A stretch of 64,000 nt of DNA, from positions 48,207-112,206 of the forward strand of contig CAZRLN010000002.1 in assembly GCA_964601085.1 (NCBI GenBank), written 5' to 3'. Positions 18,214-27,423 of the stretch are shown piece after piece (within the stretch, counting starts at the first letter, position 1; every line of letters starts with the position of its first letter). This stretch comes from an uncultured Veillonellaceae bacterium (GTDB lineage: Bacteria; Bacillota; Negativicutes; UBA1444). The translations under genes were made by a program, and so were the position numbers. The notes under the pieces are model-generated. The model made no database searches, had not been told where the DNA came from, and saw nothing but the letters and a program-made list of their open reading frames with translations.

Positions 18214-19752
18214 ATGGCGGGGCTGTTGAATGTTAGTGGGGTGCATGCCGTGAACAGGAAGCAGAAAATCGGGTTGGGGATTGCAACGTTGGCTCTAGCC
18301 TGTGTGATTGGCTTCGCTGTCGCCGATCAATGGATTCTGCGCGACTCGAAAATTATGCCGGGTGTGCATGTTGCAAATGTGGATGTGGGCGGATTGGAGC
18401 CCCACGAAGCGGAAGCCAAGATTAAAGACGCTATACAGCCGGTATTGTCTTCGCCAATTTTGATTACTGATAGCCGCCAGATTTGGCCGGTTGCACCCGG
18501 AGACATCGATTTTTCCGTTGATGTCAAACGCAGTGTCGCGACGGCTTATTCGTCCGGCCGGGACGAAGATATTGTCCACCGGTGGGTGAACCTTCTGACG
18601 GGAGAGTCGCGTCCCATACTCCATGTACCGGTATCCGTGAGTATGAATCGTGATAAATTGGGCCGCCTTCTCGCTGCGCTGGCGCTTAAAACCAACCGTG
18701 ATGCCCGTGACGCCTCCCTTCAGGTAACGCTCCCAAACAAGAAGGTTACACTAATTCCGGCAGTGGAAGGGCGCAAACTCAATATTGAAAAAACCTTGGC
18801 GCAAGCGTTCAACTCACCGCAAAAACAGCTATCTTTTCAATTGAATCTAGTCTTTGATCAACAGATTCCCCGGATCACCGATGCGCATTATGCGGGGATC
18901 AATGCGGTATTGGCTACATATTCGACGTATTTCAAACCGTGGGATGCAGACAGGAACGCAAATTTGCGCCTTGCGACAAGCCGGATTCACGGCAAGGTAC
19001 TGAAACCCGGCGAAGTGTTTTCCTATAATACGCTTGTTGGCCATCGGAACCAGAAGGAAGGATTCCGCATGGCGCCGGTAATCTTGGATGGAAAGCTGGT
19101 TCCGGATTGGGGCGGCGGAGTTTGCCAGGTCAGCAGTACTCTTTATAATGCCGCGTTGTTGGCGGATCTGGAGATCGTCGATCGCAGCAATCATGGTCGA
19201 GCGATCGGTTATGTGCCGCTTGGCTTCGATGCCACGGTCGTGGACGGGCAGATCGATTTTAAATTCAAGAATAACCTTAAGCGTTCCATCCTCCTTTACT
19301 CAACGGTGACGGAAGATGAGCTGGTTTTTGCGGTATTAGGCAATGCGACGGATTCACCTCCGCCGATTGAATTGGACTACGTGGTTCATAAAGTAATCGA
19401 GCCAGTGGAGATTAAGCAACCGGACCCAACACTTGAAATTGGCAAAGAAGTGATTGACGAGTCGCCACAACGCGGCTTCAAGGTTTCCACCTATCGCATT
19501 CGCACCATCAATGGCAAACAGGTCAGTCAATTGTTGTTCACGGATGATTATGATCCGGTGAATCGAATTGTTAAAGTGGGCACAAAACCTCTTGGCGAAG
19601 CCGCATCGGCAAATTCTGACCCAGCCAAAAAAACGGCTCCGTCACCGAAACCCGATTCTCCGGTCAAAAAACCCGTCGCAAGCGGAACAATCACATTGAA
19701 TGGAGCAATAAACCAGCCGTCACACAAATCTTCCTCATCCCCGGCACGTTAA
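18214..19752 (+). CDS. VanW-family protein (YoaR-like; N-terminal TM anchor, VanW domain, C-terminal G5-like region and Pro/Ser-rich tail)
   Basis: Start chosen at ATG 18214 (M76 of track ORF 17989..19752) because the TM helix KIGLGIATLALACVIGFAV follows immediately. The upstream 75 codons overlap the small-ORF frame and lack homology. Confidence 0.8.
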   Translation: MAGLLNVSGVHAVNRKQKIGLGIATLALACVIGFAVADQWILRDSKIMPGVHVANVDVGGLEPHEAEAKIKDAIQPVLSSPILITDSRQIWPVAPGDIDFSVDVKRSVATAYSSGRDEDIVHRWVNLLTGESRPILHVPVSVSMNRDKLGRLLAALALKTNRDARDASLQVTLPNKKVTLIPAVEGRKLNIEKTLAQAFNSPQKQLSFQLNLVFDQQIPRITDAHYAGINAVLATYSTYFKPWDADRNANLRLATSRIHGKVLKPGEVFSYNTLVGHRNQKEGFRMAPVILDGKLVPDWGGGVCQVSSTLYNAALLADLEIVDRSNHGRAIGYVPLGFDATVVDGQIDFKFKNNLKRSILLYSTVTEDELVFAVLGNATDSPPPIELDYVVHKVIEPVEIKQPDPTLEIGKEVIDESPQRGFKVSTYRIRTINGKQVSQLLFTDDYDPVNRIVKVGTKPLGEAASANSDPAKKTAPSPKPDSPVKKPVASGTITLNGAINQPSHKSSSSPAR

Positions 19753-19774
19753 ATATTTATTTCGCACCAATGAG

Positions 19775-19822
19775 TCAAGAAGACCGGATTCGTAGGTAAT
19801 ACTACGAATCCGGTCTTCTTGA
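19775..19822. repeat. perfect 21-bp inverted repeat with 6-nt loop between convergent vanW-like and lexA genes (bidirectional terminator-like hairpin without U-tract)
   Basis: TCAAGAAGACCGGATTCGTAG-gtaata-CTACGAATCCGGTCTTCTTGA read directly. Confidence 0.8.
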
Positions 19823-19865
19823 GTTAAAAATGCTAACAATTCAACAATTATAAGTAATTCAATGG

Positions 19866-20483
19866 TTACATTTTTCGATATACGCCGATTACTTTGCCCA
19901 AAACAGAAACATCCCGGGAATAAATGGGGGAGAGACGGTCATTTTCAGGTTGCAGCCGGACGCGGTCCTTTTCGTGGAAAAACCGTTTAACTGTCGCTTC
20001 TTCGCCATCCACGAGCGCGACGACAATGTCACCGTTGCGGGCAGAATCCTGATCGCGAACAATGATATAGTCCCCATCAAAAATACCAGCCTGGATCATG
20101 CTGTCACCGTCAACTTTCAACATAAAGACACTCTCCTGGCCAACCAAGTCCATCGGCATCGGATAGGTCTCCTCAATATTTTCCACTGCCAGCACTGGCT
20201 GACCTGCCGTAACCCGGCCGACATAAGGGACCGAAACCATGGAAACATTGCGCATCGAAGCGTCACCTACAACATCGATCGCCCGGTTTTTGTCCGATTC
20301 GCGGCGAATGGCGCCAAGCTGCTCCAGTTTGCTGAGGTGCATATGGACAGTGGAAGGGGATTTGAGGCCGACTAATTCGCCAATTTCCCGAACGCTTGGC
20401 GGGTAACCCTTTTGTCGGATGGAGGTTTGAATAACGTCCAGAATTTGTTGCTGTTTTGAACTGAGGGAAGCGACTTTGCCCAT
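19866..20483 (-). CDS. lexA: SOS repressor LexA
   Basis: 205 aa; winged HTH (VREIGELVGLKSPSTVHMHLSKLE), Ala-Gly cleavage site, S24 peptidase Ser/Lys. SD GGAGG 6 nt upstream. Confidence 0.95.
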   Translation of the reverse strand: MGKVASLSSKQQQILDVIQTSIRQKGYPPSVREIGELVGLKSPSTVHMHLSKLEQLGAIRRESDKNRAIDVVGDASMRNVSMVSVPYVGRVTAGQPVLAVENIEETYPMPMDLVGQESVFMLKVDGDSMIQAGIFDGDYIIVRDQDSARNGDIVVALVDGEEATVKRFFHEKDRVRLQPENDRLSPIYSRDVSVLGKVIGVYRKM

Positions 20484-20513
20484 CTCATACCTCCGCGATG
20501 ATTTCTTATCTGT

Positions 20514-20553
20514 ATTATAGCAATATTATCACTTATTCGCAAACGTTTGTTCG
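20514..20553 (-). promoter_or_regulatory. lexA promoter (minus strand TTGCGA-17-TATAAT) overlapped by LexA box 1, CGAACAAACGTTTGCG (about 20538..20553)
   Basis: Read on the minus strand as gtttgcgaataagtgataatattgctataata. The box carries one mismatch to the Cheo consensus. Confidence 0.6.
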
Positions 20554-20571
20554 AAAAAGCATGAAAAACTA

Positions 20572-20600
20572 TTGCAAGAACGTTTGTTCTATACTATAAT
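20572..20600 (+). promoter_or_regulatory. sigma-A promoter TTGCAA-17-TATAAT for the divergent LysM gene
   Basis: attgcaagaacgtttgttctatactataat read directly; perfect 17-nt spacer. Confidence 0.7.
20576..20590. promoter_or_regulatory. LexA/Cheo box 2 (AGAACGTTTGTTCT) overlapping the -35/spacer of the LysM-gene promoter
   Basis: Palindromic GAAC-N4-GTTC core. Confidence 0.7.
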
Positions 20601-20608
20601 AATTTACA

Positions 20609-20623
20609 AGAACGTGTGTTCGA
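20609..20623. promoter_or_regulatory. LexA/Cheo box 3 (AGAACGTGTGTTCGA) just downstream of the -10, before the SD
   Basis: GAAC-N4-GTTC core; the reverse complement CGAACACACGTTCT closely matches the consensus. Confidence 0.7.
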
Positions 20624-20637
20624 AAGGTGGTTGCGCT

Positions 20638-21006
20638 ATGACACTGAAATCAAGAATCAAACGACAACGGCTTTGGAATGATTGCGTTATTGTACTGAGT
20701 TTACTGGTATTAACCGCCTGCGTTGGCCAAATCATAATGGAGCGTATGTTCGTTTCTTATAATGAATTGTTTGGCAAACGCACCATTCAAGAGATTTCTT
20801 GTAGAGTTTCCGCCGGGGATACACTTTGGACCATCGCTGGACAAATAACACAACCGGATGAGGATGTTCGGGATAAGGTGATTGCCATTCAAAAATTGAA
20901 CGGGTTAGCGGCAAATCAAACGATACAGCCAGGCCAGGTCATTAAGATTCCGGTTAAGCAACTACAGGATTCGGGCTGGCGCTATACATGGAATGATCGT
21001 CAGTGA
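20638..21006 (+). CDS. SOS-regulated LysM-domain membrane protein, YneA-like putative cell-division inhibitor (123 aa: N-terminal TM, C-terminal LysM)
   Basis: Start ATG 20638 (M23 of track ORF 20572..21006) with SD AAAGGTGG 7 nt upstream. TM helix CVIVLSLLVLTACV; LysM core VSAGDTLWTIAG...IQPGQVIKIP. Divergent from lexA with two Cheo boxes in its promoter. Confidence 0.75.
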   Translation: MTLKSRIKRQRLWNDCVIVLSLLVLTACVGQIIMERMFVSYNELFGKRTIQEISCRVSAGDTLWTIAGQITQPDEDVRDKVIAIQKLNGLAANQTIQPGQVIKIPVKQLQDSGWRYTWNDRQ

Positions 21007-21319
21007 TACTCGATGTGTGAACGTGTTAAAAATAGAGATTCTGTGAACCAGATGTCCGAAGATACATTTAGCGTGGAATGATTTTTAAGAATAGAGTATC
21101 GATCCGGTAGTTGACTCCAGAATGTCGGATTGCGGTAAGGGCTTGATGAAGGTTGATCCCTTTTATCTTTATATTAATAACGTCCTATAATATATATTAT
21201 GTAAAGTAAATGCGGGGCAAAGGTATAATCGTGAATTGTCAGCAAATCCAACATGCTTCTCGAAACTATACGGACATGATAAAATATAGTTTGAAATTGA
21301 ATTTGGTGGTGTTCTATTC

Positions 21320-22051
21320 TTGCATTATTGCAGTCATTGCGGTCGTGAGATTCCGCACCGTGAAAAATTTTGCCAACATTGCGGCACTCGGGTTGAATAT
21401 TTGTGCGCTTTGCCGCCATTACCATCCGAACCGGCGCAGCGTCGCGAGGTTCGCAGCGCAGCTTCAATTACAAAATGGATTGTATTCTATTTCTTTGCAA
21501 TTTTGCTTACGTTTGGCGCATCCTTCTTGTATTATTCCTCACCGGAATCGTTTTCCTGGAAGTGGCCGTTCGGCAACTCCAAGTCGGCGTCAACTTCTCA
21601 AACGCTCCCGCCGCAGGCTGTTTCTCAGCGTGTCGATCCGGCCGCCGGCGCCACTGCTTTGAAGAATGCCTATAATCAACTGTCTGTCGGCACCCAAAAA
21701 GCCGTCCAGCTAATTAGCGATGCACGAAAAGTCAATGTGGCCGGGGATCCCAAACGTACCGCCGCCAATTATCGTTCAGTGCAGAGCGGCAGCGATACCA
21801 TACTGGCCCAATTATCATTGCCTCCGGATGCTTCGACCGAAGTTGGAGCGGTCGTGATGCCGCTAAAAGAATGTCTGTCCCTGCTCAGCAAGTCTTCCTC
21901 CATTATGGCGGATTATCTGGATGGAAAGCTGTCGCTGGCGCCGCCTAATCCTGACTGGGTTGGACGCTCGCAGGAATACTTCGCTCAGTCTCAGGCCCGG
22001 TTAAAAGAATCTCAGCAGGCGTTATCTGTATTGCGGAAAAAAATCGAATAG
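21320..22051 (+). CDS. zinc-ribbon (CxxC-N13-CxxC) single-pass membrane protein, hypothetical
   Basis: 243 aa; TTG start with SD-like GGTGGTG; N-terminal HYCSHCGREI...CQHCG; TM helix ITKWIVFYFFAILLTFGASFLYY; followed by a terminator. Confidence 0.6.
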   Translation: MHYCSHCGREIPHREKFCQHCGTRVEYLCALPPLPSEPAQRREVRSAASITKWIVFYFFAILLTFGASFLYYSSPESFSWKWPFGNSKSASTSQTLPPQAVSQRVDPAAGATALKNAYNQLSVGTQKAVQLISDARKVNVAGDPKRTAANYRSVQSGSDTILAQLSLPPDASTEVGAVVMPLKECLSLLSKSSSIMADYLDGKLSLAPPNPDWVGRSQEYFAQSQARLKESQQALSVLRKKIE

Positions 22052-22107
22052 AACTCCTTCTATCCATTCTTTCTTCTGTGAAGAGAGGATTACAAAAAGA
22101 TCACAAC

Positions 22108-22154
22108 AAAAAACAGCCTGTGGCCGTTAGTACGGATACAGACTGTTTTTTTTT
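22108..22154. terminator. bidirectional rho-independent terminator between the convergent zinc-ribbon gene (+) and pfp (-)
   Basis: A-run, then ACAGCCTGT, an inner GGCCGT-tagt-ACGG hairpin, ACAGACTGT, then T9. Confidence 0.7.
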
Positions 22155-22205
22155 GTTGCAGTCTTTCAATTTTCAAGTGGAGTTGCGCCCTGAACAAAAA
22201 TGAAT

Positions 22206-23441
22206 TTAGATGTTCTTTCTTAAAATCTTTTCCGCCCGTGGCGCCCGTAAATGAGTCGCCGACCCCAAGCCCGAGCCTAACAGGGGGCGAAGATAAAATT
22301 TGAAAGCATCGGTGATATGGTTGCCGGCCGTATTAATGAACTCATCCGGCATATGACGGGTTTTTCCGGCTACATCGGCCAGCGCCGCCAAACGGTAGTC
22401 GACAGAATAATATCCGGTCCGCTCCATAACCACAGAACCGTCCATATTATGCCACAGAGCGAATTGTACGGCTCGCTCCCCGACTTCACGAGCTTCATGT
22501 TGGTCAACGTCCGAAACGCACCCAAAGAAGGATCGTTGCAGATAGCCGAATGTGTCCGAACGCACCCGACTGATTTTTAATTTATTTTTGATTTGTTCGG
22601 CCAACAAATCGCCGAGCATACCGGTTCCCGATAACTGAACATTTCCATGTGCATCTTTCTCAACACAATCGAGCAATTTGGACATGATAGGCGTGCCTTC
22701 CTGATCCTGAATGCCTTCCGAAACAGCCACCACGCAACATCCAAGACGGTCATACACTTTTTTGACATCCATCAGAAATTTATCCATGTCGAACGCACGT
22801 TCCGGCAAGTAAATTAGATGTGGTCCATCAGTGGGATATTTTTGGGCGATCGCCGAGGCCGCCGTCAGGAAGCCGGCGTGCCGGCCCATGACCACACCGA
22901 TATAGACTCCTGGTAAAGCCCGATTATCCAGGTTGGCGCCGATAAAGGCCTGCGCGACAAAGCGGGCGGCCGAACCGTATCCCGGTGTATGGTCATTCAA
23001 CACCAAATCATTATCGATTGTTTTGGGAATATGAATCGCCCGGAAATCATAATGGGCGTTTTCCGCTCGTTCATTGATGATGCGAACCGTGTCGGAGGAA
23101 TCGTTGCCGCCAATATAAAAGAAATAGCGAACATCATGGGCCCGCATCACTTCAAACATGGCGTCGCAATAATTTTCATCCGGTTTCTCGCGTGTCGACA
23201 ACAACGCCGAAGAGGGTGTCACCGCAACCTGTTCAAGATTGTGGGTGGTTTCTTGCGTCAGATCGAGAAAATCTTCGTTTACGATTCCTTTTACGCCGTT
23301 AATTGCGCCGTACACGCGGGTGACCTGAGAAAATTTGCGCGACTCCAGCACAACTCCCGCCATGGATTGATTAATTACAGCAGTCGGGCCGCCGCCCTGG
23401 GCAACCAAAACTTTTCCGTGCAGTTTGCTTTCCTCGTACAT
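22206..23441 (-). CDS. pfp: pyrophosphate-dependent 6-phosphofructokinase (PPi-PFK, PfkA family long form)
   Basis: 411 aa; GGGPTAVIN P-loop-like motif, MGRHAGF and typical PFK domains. Confidence 0.88.
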   Translation of the reverse strand: MYEESKLHGKVLVAQGGGPTAVINQSMAGVVLESRKFSQVTRVYGAINGVKGIVNEDFLDLTQETTHNLEQVAVTPSSALLSTREKPDENYCDAMFEVMRAHDVRYFFYIGGNDSSDTVRIINERAENAHYDFRAIHIPKTIDNDLVLNDHTPGYGSAARFVAQAFIGANLDNRALPGVYIGVVMGRHAGFLTAASAIAQKYPTDGPHLIYLPERAFDMDKFLMDVKKVYDRLGCCVVAVSEGIQDQEGTPIMSKLLDCVEKDAHGNVQLSGTGMLGDLLAEQIKNKLKISRVRSDTFGYLQRSFFGCVSDVDQHEAREVGERAVQFALWHNMDGSVVMERTGYYSVDYRLAALADVAGKTRHMPDEFINTAGNHITDAFKFYLRPLLGSGLGSATHLRAPRAEKILRKNI

Positions 23442-23507
23442 AAGCAGTCCTCCCTACTCAAGAATTTATTAGGTATTCCCCTTTTAACGCCGGTTTTCCT
23501 GCTGCTT

Positions 23508-24401
23508 TCAATGATTTGGCGGTTGATTGCTGGCGTAAGGGGGAGGATTTGACATTGTCTTCATTTTTTGCCGCCGTTTCCACCACCACCAGATCCCGGC
23601 CACCAATACTCCGAGCGGCGACAGTACGATAACCGTTGCAATGAGATATAGGACTACGTCCCCTGCCGCGACCCAGCTATCACGCAAAATGGCCTTCAGC
23701 TTGCCAAAGAAGTTAGTTTCCGTGATCACCGCGACTTCGCTGATTCGAAGCTGAAGCGTGGACATTTCAATTTTTCCGCTCAACGCTTTGAGCTTTCCAG
23801 TGGTGCTTTCGATCTGTGTTCGCACGGTCGCCAGCTCTTTCTCCACCTTGAGTACTTCTTCCACCGTATTGGCGGTAGCTAGTATCTCGCGCAATCGTTT
23901 TTCCTGTCGTTGCATGTTTTCCAAACGAGCGGAAATATCAACAACTTCTTCTGTGACATCCTGTGAAGAGATGCTGCGTTGCCGGACAATGACATCGGGC
24001 AGGATCGACAGTTCGTTGACAAAATCCTGCAACTGTCCGGCGGGAATTCGCAGGGTAAAGTTACCCGTTCGTCTGCCATTTCCATCCAGCGTGACATTGG
24101 CAGAACTCAGAATTCCCTTGCGCGCGGACAGGCGGTCCCGTACCCGGCCTTCGGTGGCCGGCAAATCTTTAGTCTCAAGCGCAACTTGCGCTGTTTCGAT
24201 GACCTTTCGCAGTTCGGGAAGCGGTTTGATGTTACCGTTAGCTGGCGCTGGAGCGGCGGTTTTCGAGGCAGGCTGCGGCGCAGAGGATGGTCTGGGCGAA
24301 TCGCTTTTGGAACCGCTGCCACAAGCCGCGGTAAGGATCAGAATCATTAGCATAGCCAGGAGCAGGATGCTATGGCGAACAAGTCGTCTGGATGAGTACA
24401 T
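23508..24401 (-). CDS. lipoprotein with coiled-coil region and C-terminal TM anchor (DUF4349-like)
   Basis: Start at M60 of the track ORF (ATG 24401, SD GGGAGG 9 nt upstream). Signal plus lipobox MLMILILTAAC; coiled-coil middle; C-terminus ...LVAGIWWWWKRRQK. Confidence 0.7.
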   Translation of the reverse strand: MYSSRRLVRHSILLLAMLMILILTAACGSGSKSDSPRPSSAPQPASKTAAPAPANGNIKPLPELRKVIETAQVALETKDLPATEGRVRDRLSARKGILSSANVTLDGNGRRTGNFTLRIPAGQLQDFVNELSILPDVIVRQRSISSQDVTEEVVDISARLENMQRQEKRLREILATANTVEEVLKVEKELATVRTQIESTTGKLKALSGKIEMSTLQLRISEVAVITETNFFGKLKAILRDSWVAAGDVVLYLIATVIVLSPLGVLVAGIWWWWKRRQKMKTMSNPPPYASNQPPNH

Positions 24402-24441
24402 TGCATACGCCTCCCTGCTGTCTGTTCTATTACAGACCAGA

Positions 24442-25215
24442 CTATAAGTTTTGGCCGCAATGGCTGCAAAATCGTGAATTTGGGGGAACCGCGGCGCCGC
24501 AATGCGGACAAGCGCCAAACGACGGCTGTTGCGGTTGGTTGTAGTTTTGATAACCTGGTTGAGGCGGATATGACGCATAGGCGGGCTGTTTGGTGAGAAC
24601 GAGGGTGCCGGCGATCAGATCATGCAATGCTTGTTTTCGCTGAGTAAAGAAAGCCATGATGTAACCGATCAGAAACCAACCGCTGAGACAAGCTTTGACC
24701 ACGAGGCGGGCAGTTGCCCGTCCGACGGAGATACGGGCTCCATTTAAGTCGGTAACCTGAATGCCCATTATTTTTTTGCCGACAGTCCCTTGCCAACCGG
24801 AGCTTTCCATTAACGCAAAATACGCCCAAGTCAAGAGAAAAGAGATGATCATGATCATGCCGAAACCGGCGAGAAAAGTTCCGATGGCGTCAGCCGCCAT
24901 GCCCGGATTAAATGAAGTATCCTTACCACCGGTGCGGTGAATGACTCTCACTGCCATCATGGCGCTAAGTACTGAAGAGATAATTCCGATGGGAATCCCT
25001 AGTATGATGCCATCAATCAAAGCAGCCAGAAAACGTTGCCCAATACCGGCATAGCTCATTGGCGGTCCATACGCAGGAAAAGATGGCTGTTGCGGTGGAT
25101 ATCCTGGATACCCGGGCGGCGGCATTGGCGGCGGAGCGGTTGTCAACGGGGTTGCACAGGCTTGGCAGTAATATACCTCTGGAGGGTTGTCCCGGCCACA
25201 TCGTGGGCATATCAT
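24442..25215 (-). CDS. RDD-family membrane protein flanked by N- and C-terminal zinc ribbons and Pro/Gln/Tyr-rich linkers
   Basis: 257 aa; N-terminal CPRCGR...CQAC and C-terminal CPHCG...CSHCG; central RDD domain (RFLAALIDGIIL...RQALHDLIAGTLV). Confidence 0.75.
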   Translation of the reverse strand: MICPRCGRDNPPEVYYCQACATPLTTAPPPMPPPGYPGYPPQQPSFPAYGPPMSYAGIGQRFLAALIDGIILGIPIGIISSVLSAMMAVRVIHRTGGKDTSFNPGMAADAIGTFLAGFGMIMIISFLLTWAYFALMESSGWQGTVGKKIMGIQVTDLNGARISVGRATARLVVKACLSGWFLIGYIMAFFTQRKQALHDLIAGTLVLTKQPAYASYPPQPGYQNYNQPQQPSFGACPHCGAAVPPNSRFCSHCGQNL

Positions 25216-25269
25216 ATTATCTTATCCTGCCTTTCTTTCAACTTCGGTACAATGAAAAGCGTTGCCGGA

Positions 25270-25950
25270 TCAGGAGGCTGAACTGGTTTCGCTTTTTTCC
25301 AGCCGTCGGAGCAATTCCATCGGATGTTCCAGCAGAACGGATTCCAAAATTTCGACGGGAATGCCTGCGCCTTGCGCGACTTTGGCGGCAAACCCTTCTT
25401 TCATTAGATTATCGGGCGAATGGGCGTCGCTGTTGACCAGAAGTTTCGCTCCGACCGCGAGCCCAACTTTCACGACGTGGCCGTTCGTTAAGGAGTGACC
25501 GGCCCGGGCCGTAACCTCCAGAAAGATATCGTTGACTACGGCAATTTGGGCTTCTTCTGTCGTAAGAAAACCTGGATGAGCCAACACATCGACGAAGGAA
25601 GACATCAAAGCGGCTCGATTGGTTCCTGGTTCAACCGGCTCAACCGGTGTTTCACCATGAACGACGACAATTCGTGCACCGAACGACTTGGCCTGCCGCG
25701 CGCATTCATTGATGGCTGCCGCTGGAACATGGGTCAACTCAACACCAGGCAACGCTTTGATACCCCAGTGCTTTTCCGCCAAGGCGCAATCTTTTGCCAC
25801 TTCCCGGATCGTTGATTCCATATTGGCCAGACCAATGTGGTCGGTTACTGCGATGGCGCGATAACCGGCAACATGGGCGCGTCGAATCAGTTCAATCGGT
25901 GACAGGACTCCATCGCTGAAAAATGAGTGCGTATGAAAATCAAAAGTCAT
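25270..25950 (-). CDS. PHP-domain (polymerase/histidinol-phosphatase) metal-dependent phosphoesterase
   Basis: Start at M5 of the track ORF (MTFDFHTHSFFSDG, the PHP motif); Asp/His-rich metal ligands throughout. Confidence 0.75.
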   Translation of the reverse strand: MTFDFHTHSFFSDGVLSPIELIRRAHVAGYRAIAVTDHIGLANMESTIREVAKDCALAEKHWGIKALPGVELTHVPAAAINECARQAKSFGARIVVVHGETPVEPVEPGTNRAALMSSFVDVLAHPGFLTTEEAQIAVVNDIFLEVTARAGHSLTNGHVVKVGLAVGAKLLVNSDAHSPDNLMKEGFAAKVAQGAGIPVEILESVLLEHPMELLRRLEKSETSSAS

Positions 25951-26076
25951 TCTTCTTCCCAACCTTTCTGGCTATAACTATTCGTTCGCCGCTTCTCCGG
26001 CGCTTTCCTGCTCGTCTCTTACAAAATGCGGAAAAATGCCGGGCTTAAATAGCGAACCGAAAATTGATCGATTCAT

Positions 26077-26110
26077 AAAAAAAATGACTGAGACAAAATC
26101 CCAGTCACTT
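26077..26110 (-). terminator. terminator after the 2-oxoacid oxidoreductase operon (6-bp stem plus T8 on the minus strand)
   Basis: Minus strand: TGACTG-ggattttgtct-CAGTCA followed by TTTTTTTT. Confidence 0.45.
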
Positions 26111-26130
26111 TCTTTATGAGAGAGTGAAGT

Positions 26131-26673
26131 TTATTTACCGGTTACACATTCCAAACCGCGTCGGATTGCCTGTTCATTGATAGGCATCACTTTTGGTTTA
26201 TTTTTGAAGATCTTTTTGGCCAGAACCGTGATAACCGAATCGATGTTCACTACCCCGCTGGCGGCGATGATCGCTCCCACCATGACCATATTGGCGACTT
26301 TCAGGTTTCCGAGTTCCTGCGCAATATCATTACAGGGAACATAATGCGTTTTAACATCCGTGCGATGCGGTTTGCGGTCAATCAGCGAACTGTTTATCAG
26401 CAGGGTTCCCCCTACGGGCAACATCGGCTCAAATTTATCCAGGGACGGCAGATTCATCGCCACGACCACGCTGGGTTCAGTAACGATGGGAGTTCCTACG
26501 GGTTCGTCACCAATGATGATCGAGCAGTTGGCGGTGCCACCGCGCATTTCAGGGCCATAGGCGGGAAACCAAGAAACTTGTTGGCCTTCCAGCATTCCAG
26601 CATAGGCCAGAATTTGTCCCATCAGCATGACGCCTTGACCACCGAATCCGGCAAAAATCATTTCCTTATTCAT
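26131..26673 (-). CDS. 2-oxoacid:ferredoxin oxidoreductase, gamma subunit
   Basis: Start ATG 26673 (SD AGGAGGTG; ATGA overlap with the beta stop). [19 protein letters not shown] is the typical POR/VOR/KOR gamma N-terminus. Confidence 0.85.
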   Translation of the reverse strand: MNKEMIFAGFGGQGVMLMGQILAYAGMLEGQQVSWFPAYGPEMRGGTANCSIIIGDEPVGTPIVTEPSVVVAMNLPSLDKFEPMLPVGGTLLINSSLIDRKPHRTDVKTHYVPCNDIAQELGNLKVANMVMVGAIIAASGVVNIDSVITVLAKKIFKNKPKVMPINEQAIRRGLECVTGK

Positions 26674-27422
26674 TTCACCACCTCCTCGCCGGTGCGGAAG
26701 GTTCCGAGCGGATAATACGGCATCATGTTCTTTTCCATCCAGCCAACCGCTTCCAGTGGACTCATACCCCAGTTGGTCGGACAAATCGACAACACTTCGA
26801 CCAAACTGAACCCAAGACCGGCGATCTGAATTTCGAACGCCTTTTTGATGGCGGCTTTGGCTTTGGCCATATTGGCAGGAGTGTTTACGGCTACTCGAGC
26901 CAGATATTTGGCGCCATCCAGCGTGGCCAGCATTTCCGTCATCCGGATCGGCATTCCGGCGGATTCCAGTTTGCGTCCGTAAGGCGATGTGGTCGTGACC
27001 TGGTTCACCAAGGTTGTCGGCGCCATTTGACCGCCGGTCATGCCGTAGATGGCATTATTGACAAAGATGGTGGTGATTTTTTCGCCCCGGGCGGCGGCAT
27101 GGACGATTTCCGCCGTGCCGATGGCGGCAAGGTCGCCGTCTCCCTGATAGGTAAAGACGACTCCGTCGGGATGCACCCGTTTGACCCCGGTAGCGACGGC
27201 GGGCGCCCGACCATGGGCGGCTCCGACCATATCCACGTTGAAATAATCGTAGGCCAGCACCGAACAACCGACCGAAGCTACCCCTATTGCCTTGTCCATC
27301 ACCTTGAGCTCATCGAGGGCTTCGGCCACCAGACGATGGACGATGCCATGATGGCAGCCGGGGCAATAGTGTGTTGGCATATCCGCCAACGACTCGGGAC
27401 GGCCGAATACTCTTTCCGCCAT
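26670..27422 (-). CDS. 2-oxoacid:ferredoxin oxidoreductase, beta subunit (TPP-binding)
   Basis: Start at M30 of the track ORF (ATG 27422, SD AAGGAGGG). CPGCHHG plus a GDG...NN TPP motif. Confidence 0.87.
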   Translation of the reverse strand: MAERVFGRPESLADMPTHYCPGCHHGIVHRLVAEALDELKVMDKAIGVASVGCSVLAYDYFNVDMVGAAHGRAPAVATGVKRVHPDGVVFTYQGDGDLAAIGTAEIVHAAARGEKITTIFVNNAIYGMTGGQMAPTTLVNQVTTTSPYGRKLESAGMPIRMTEMLATLDGAKYLARVAVNTPANMAKAKAAIKKAFEIQIAGLGFSLVEVLSICPTNWGMSPLEAVGWMEKNMMPYYPLGTFRTGEEVVK

Positions 27423-27423
27423 C

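Noticed and set aside
21174-21662. Overlapping ORFs 21174..21467 (-) and 21210..21662 (+) in the AT-rich region before the zinc-ribbon gene
   Set aside because: They overlap the SD-supported start of the 21320 gene, are low-complexity, and have no SD.
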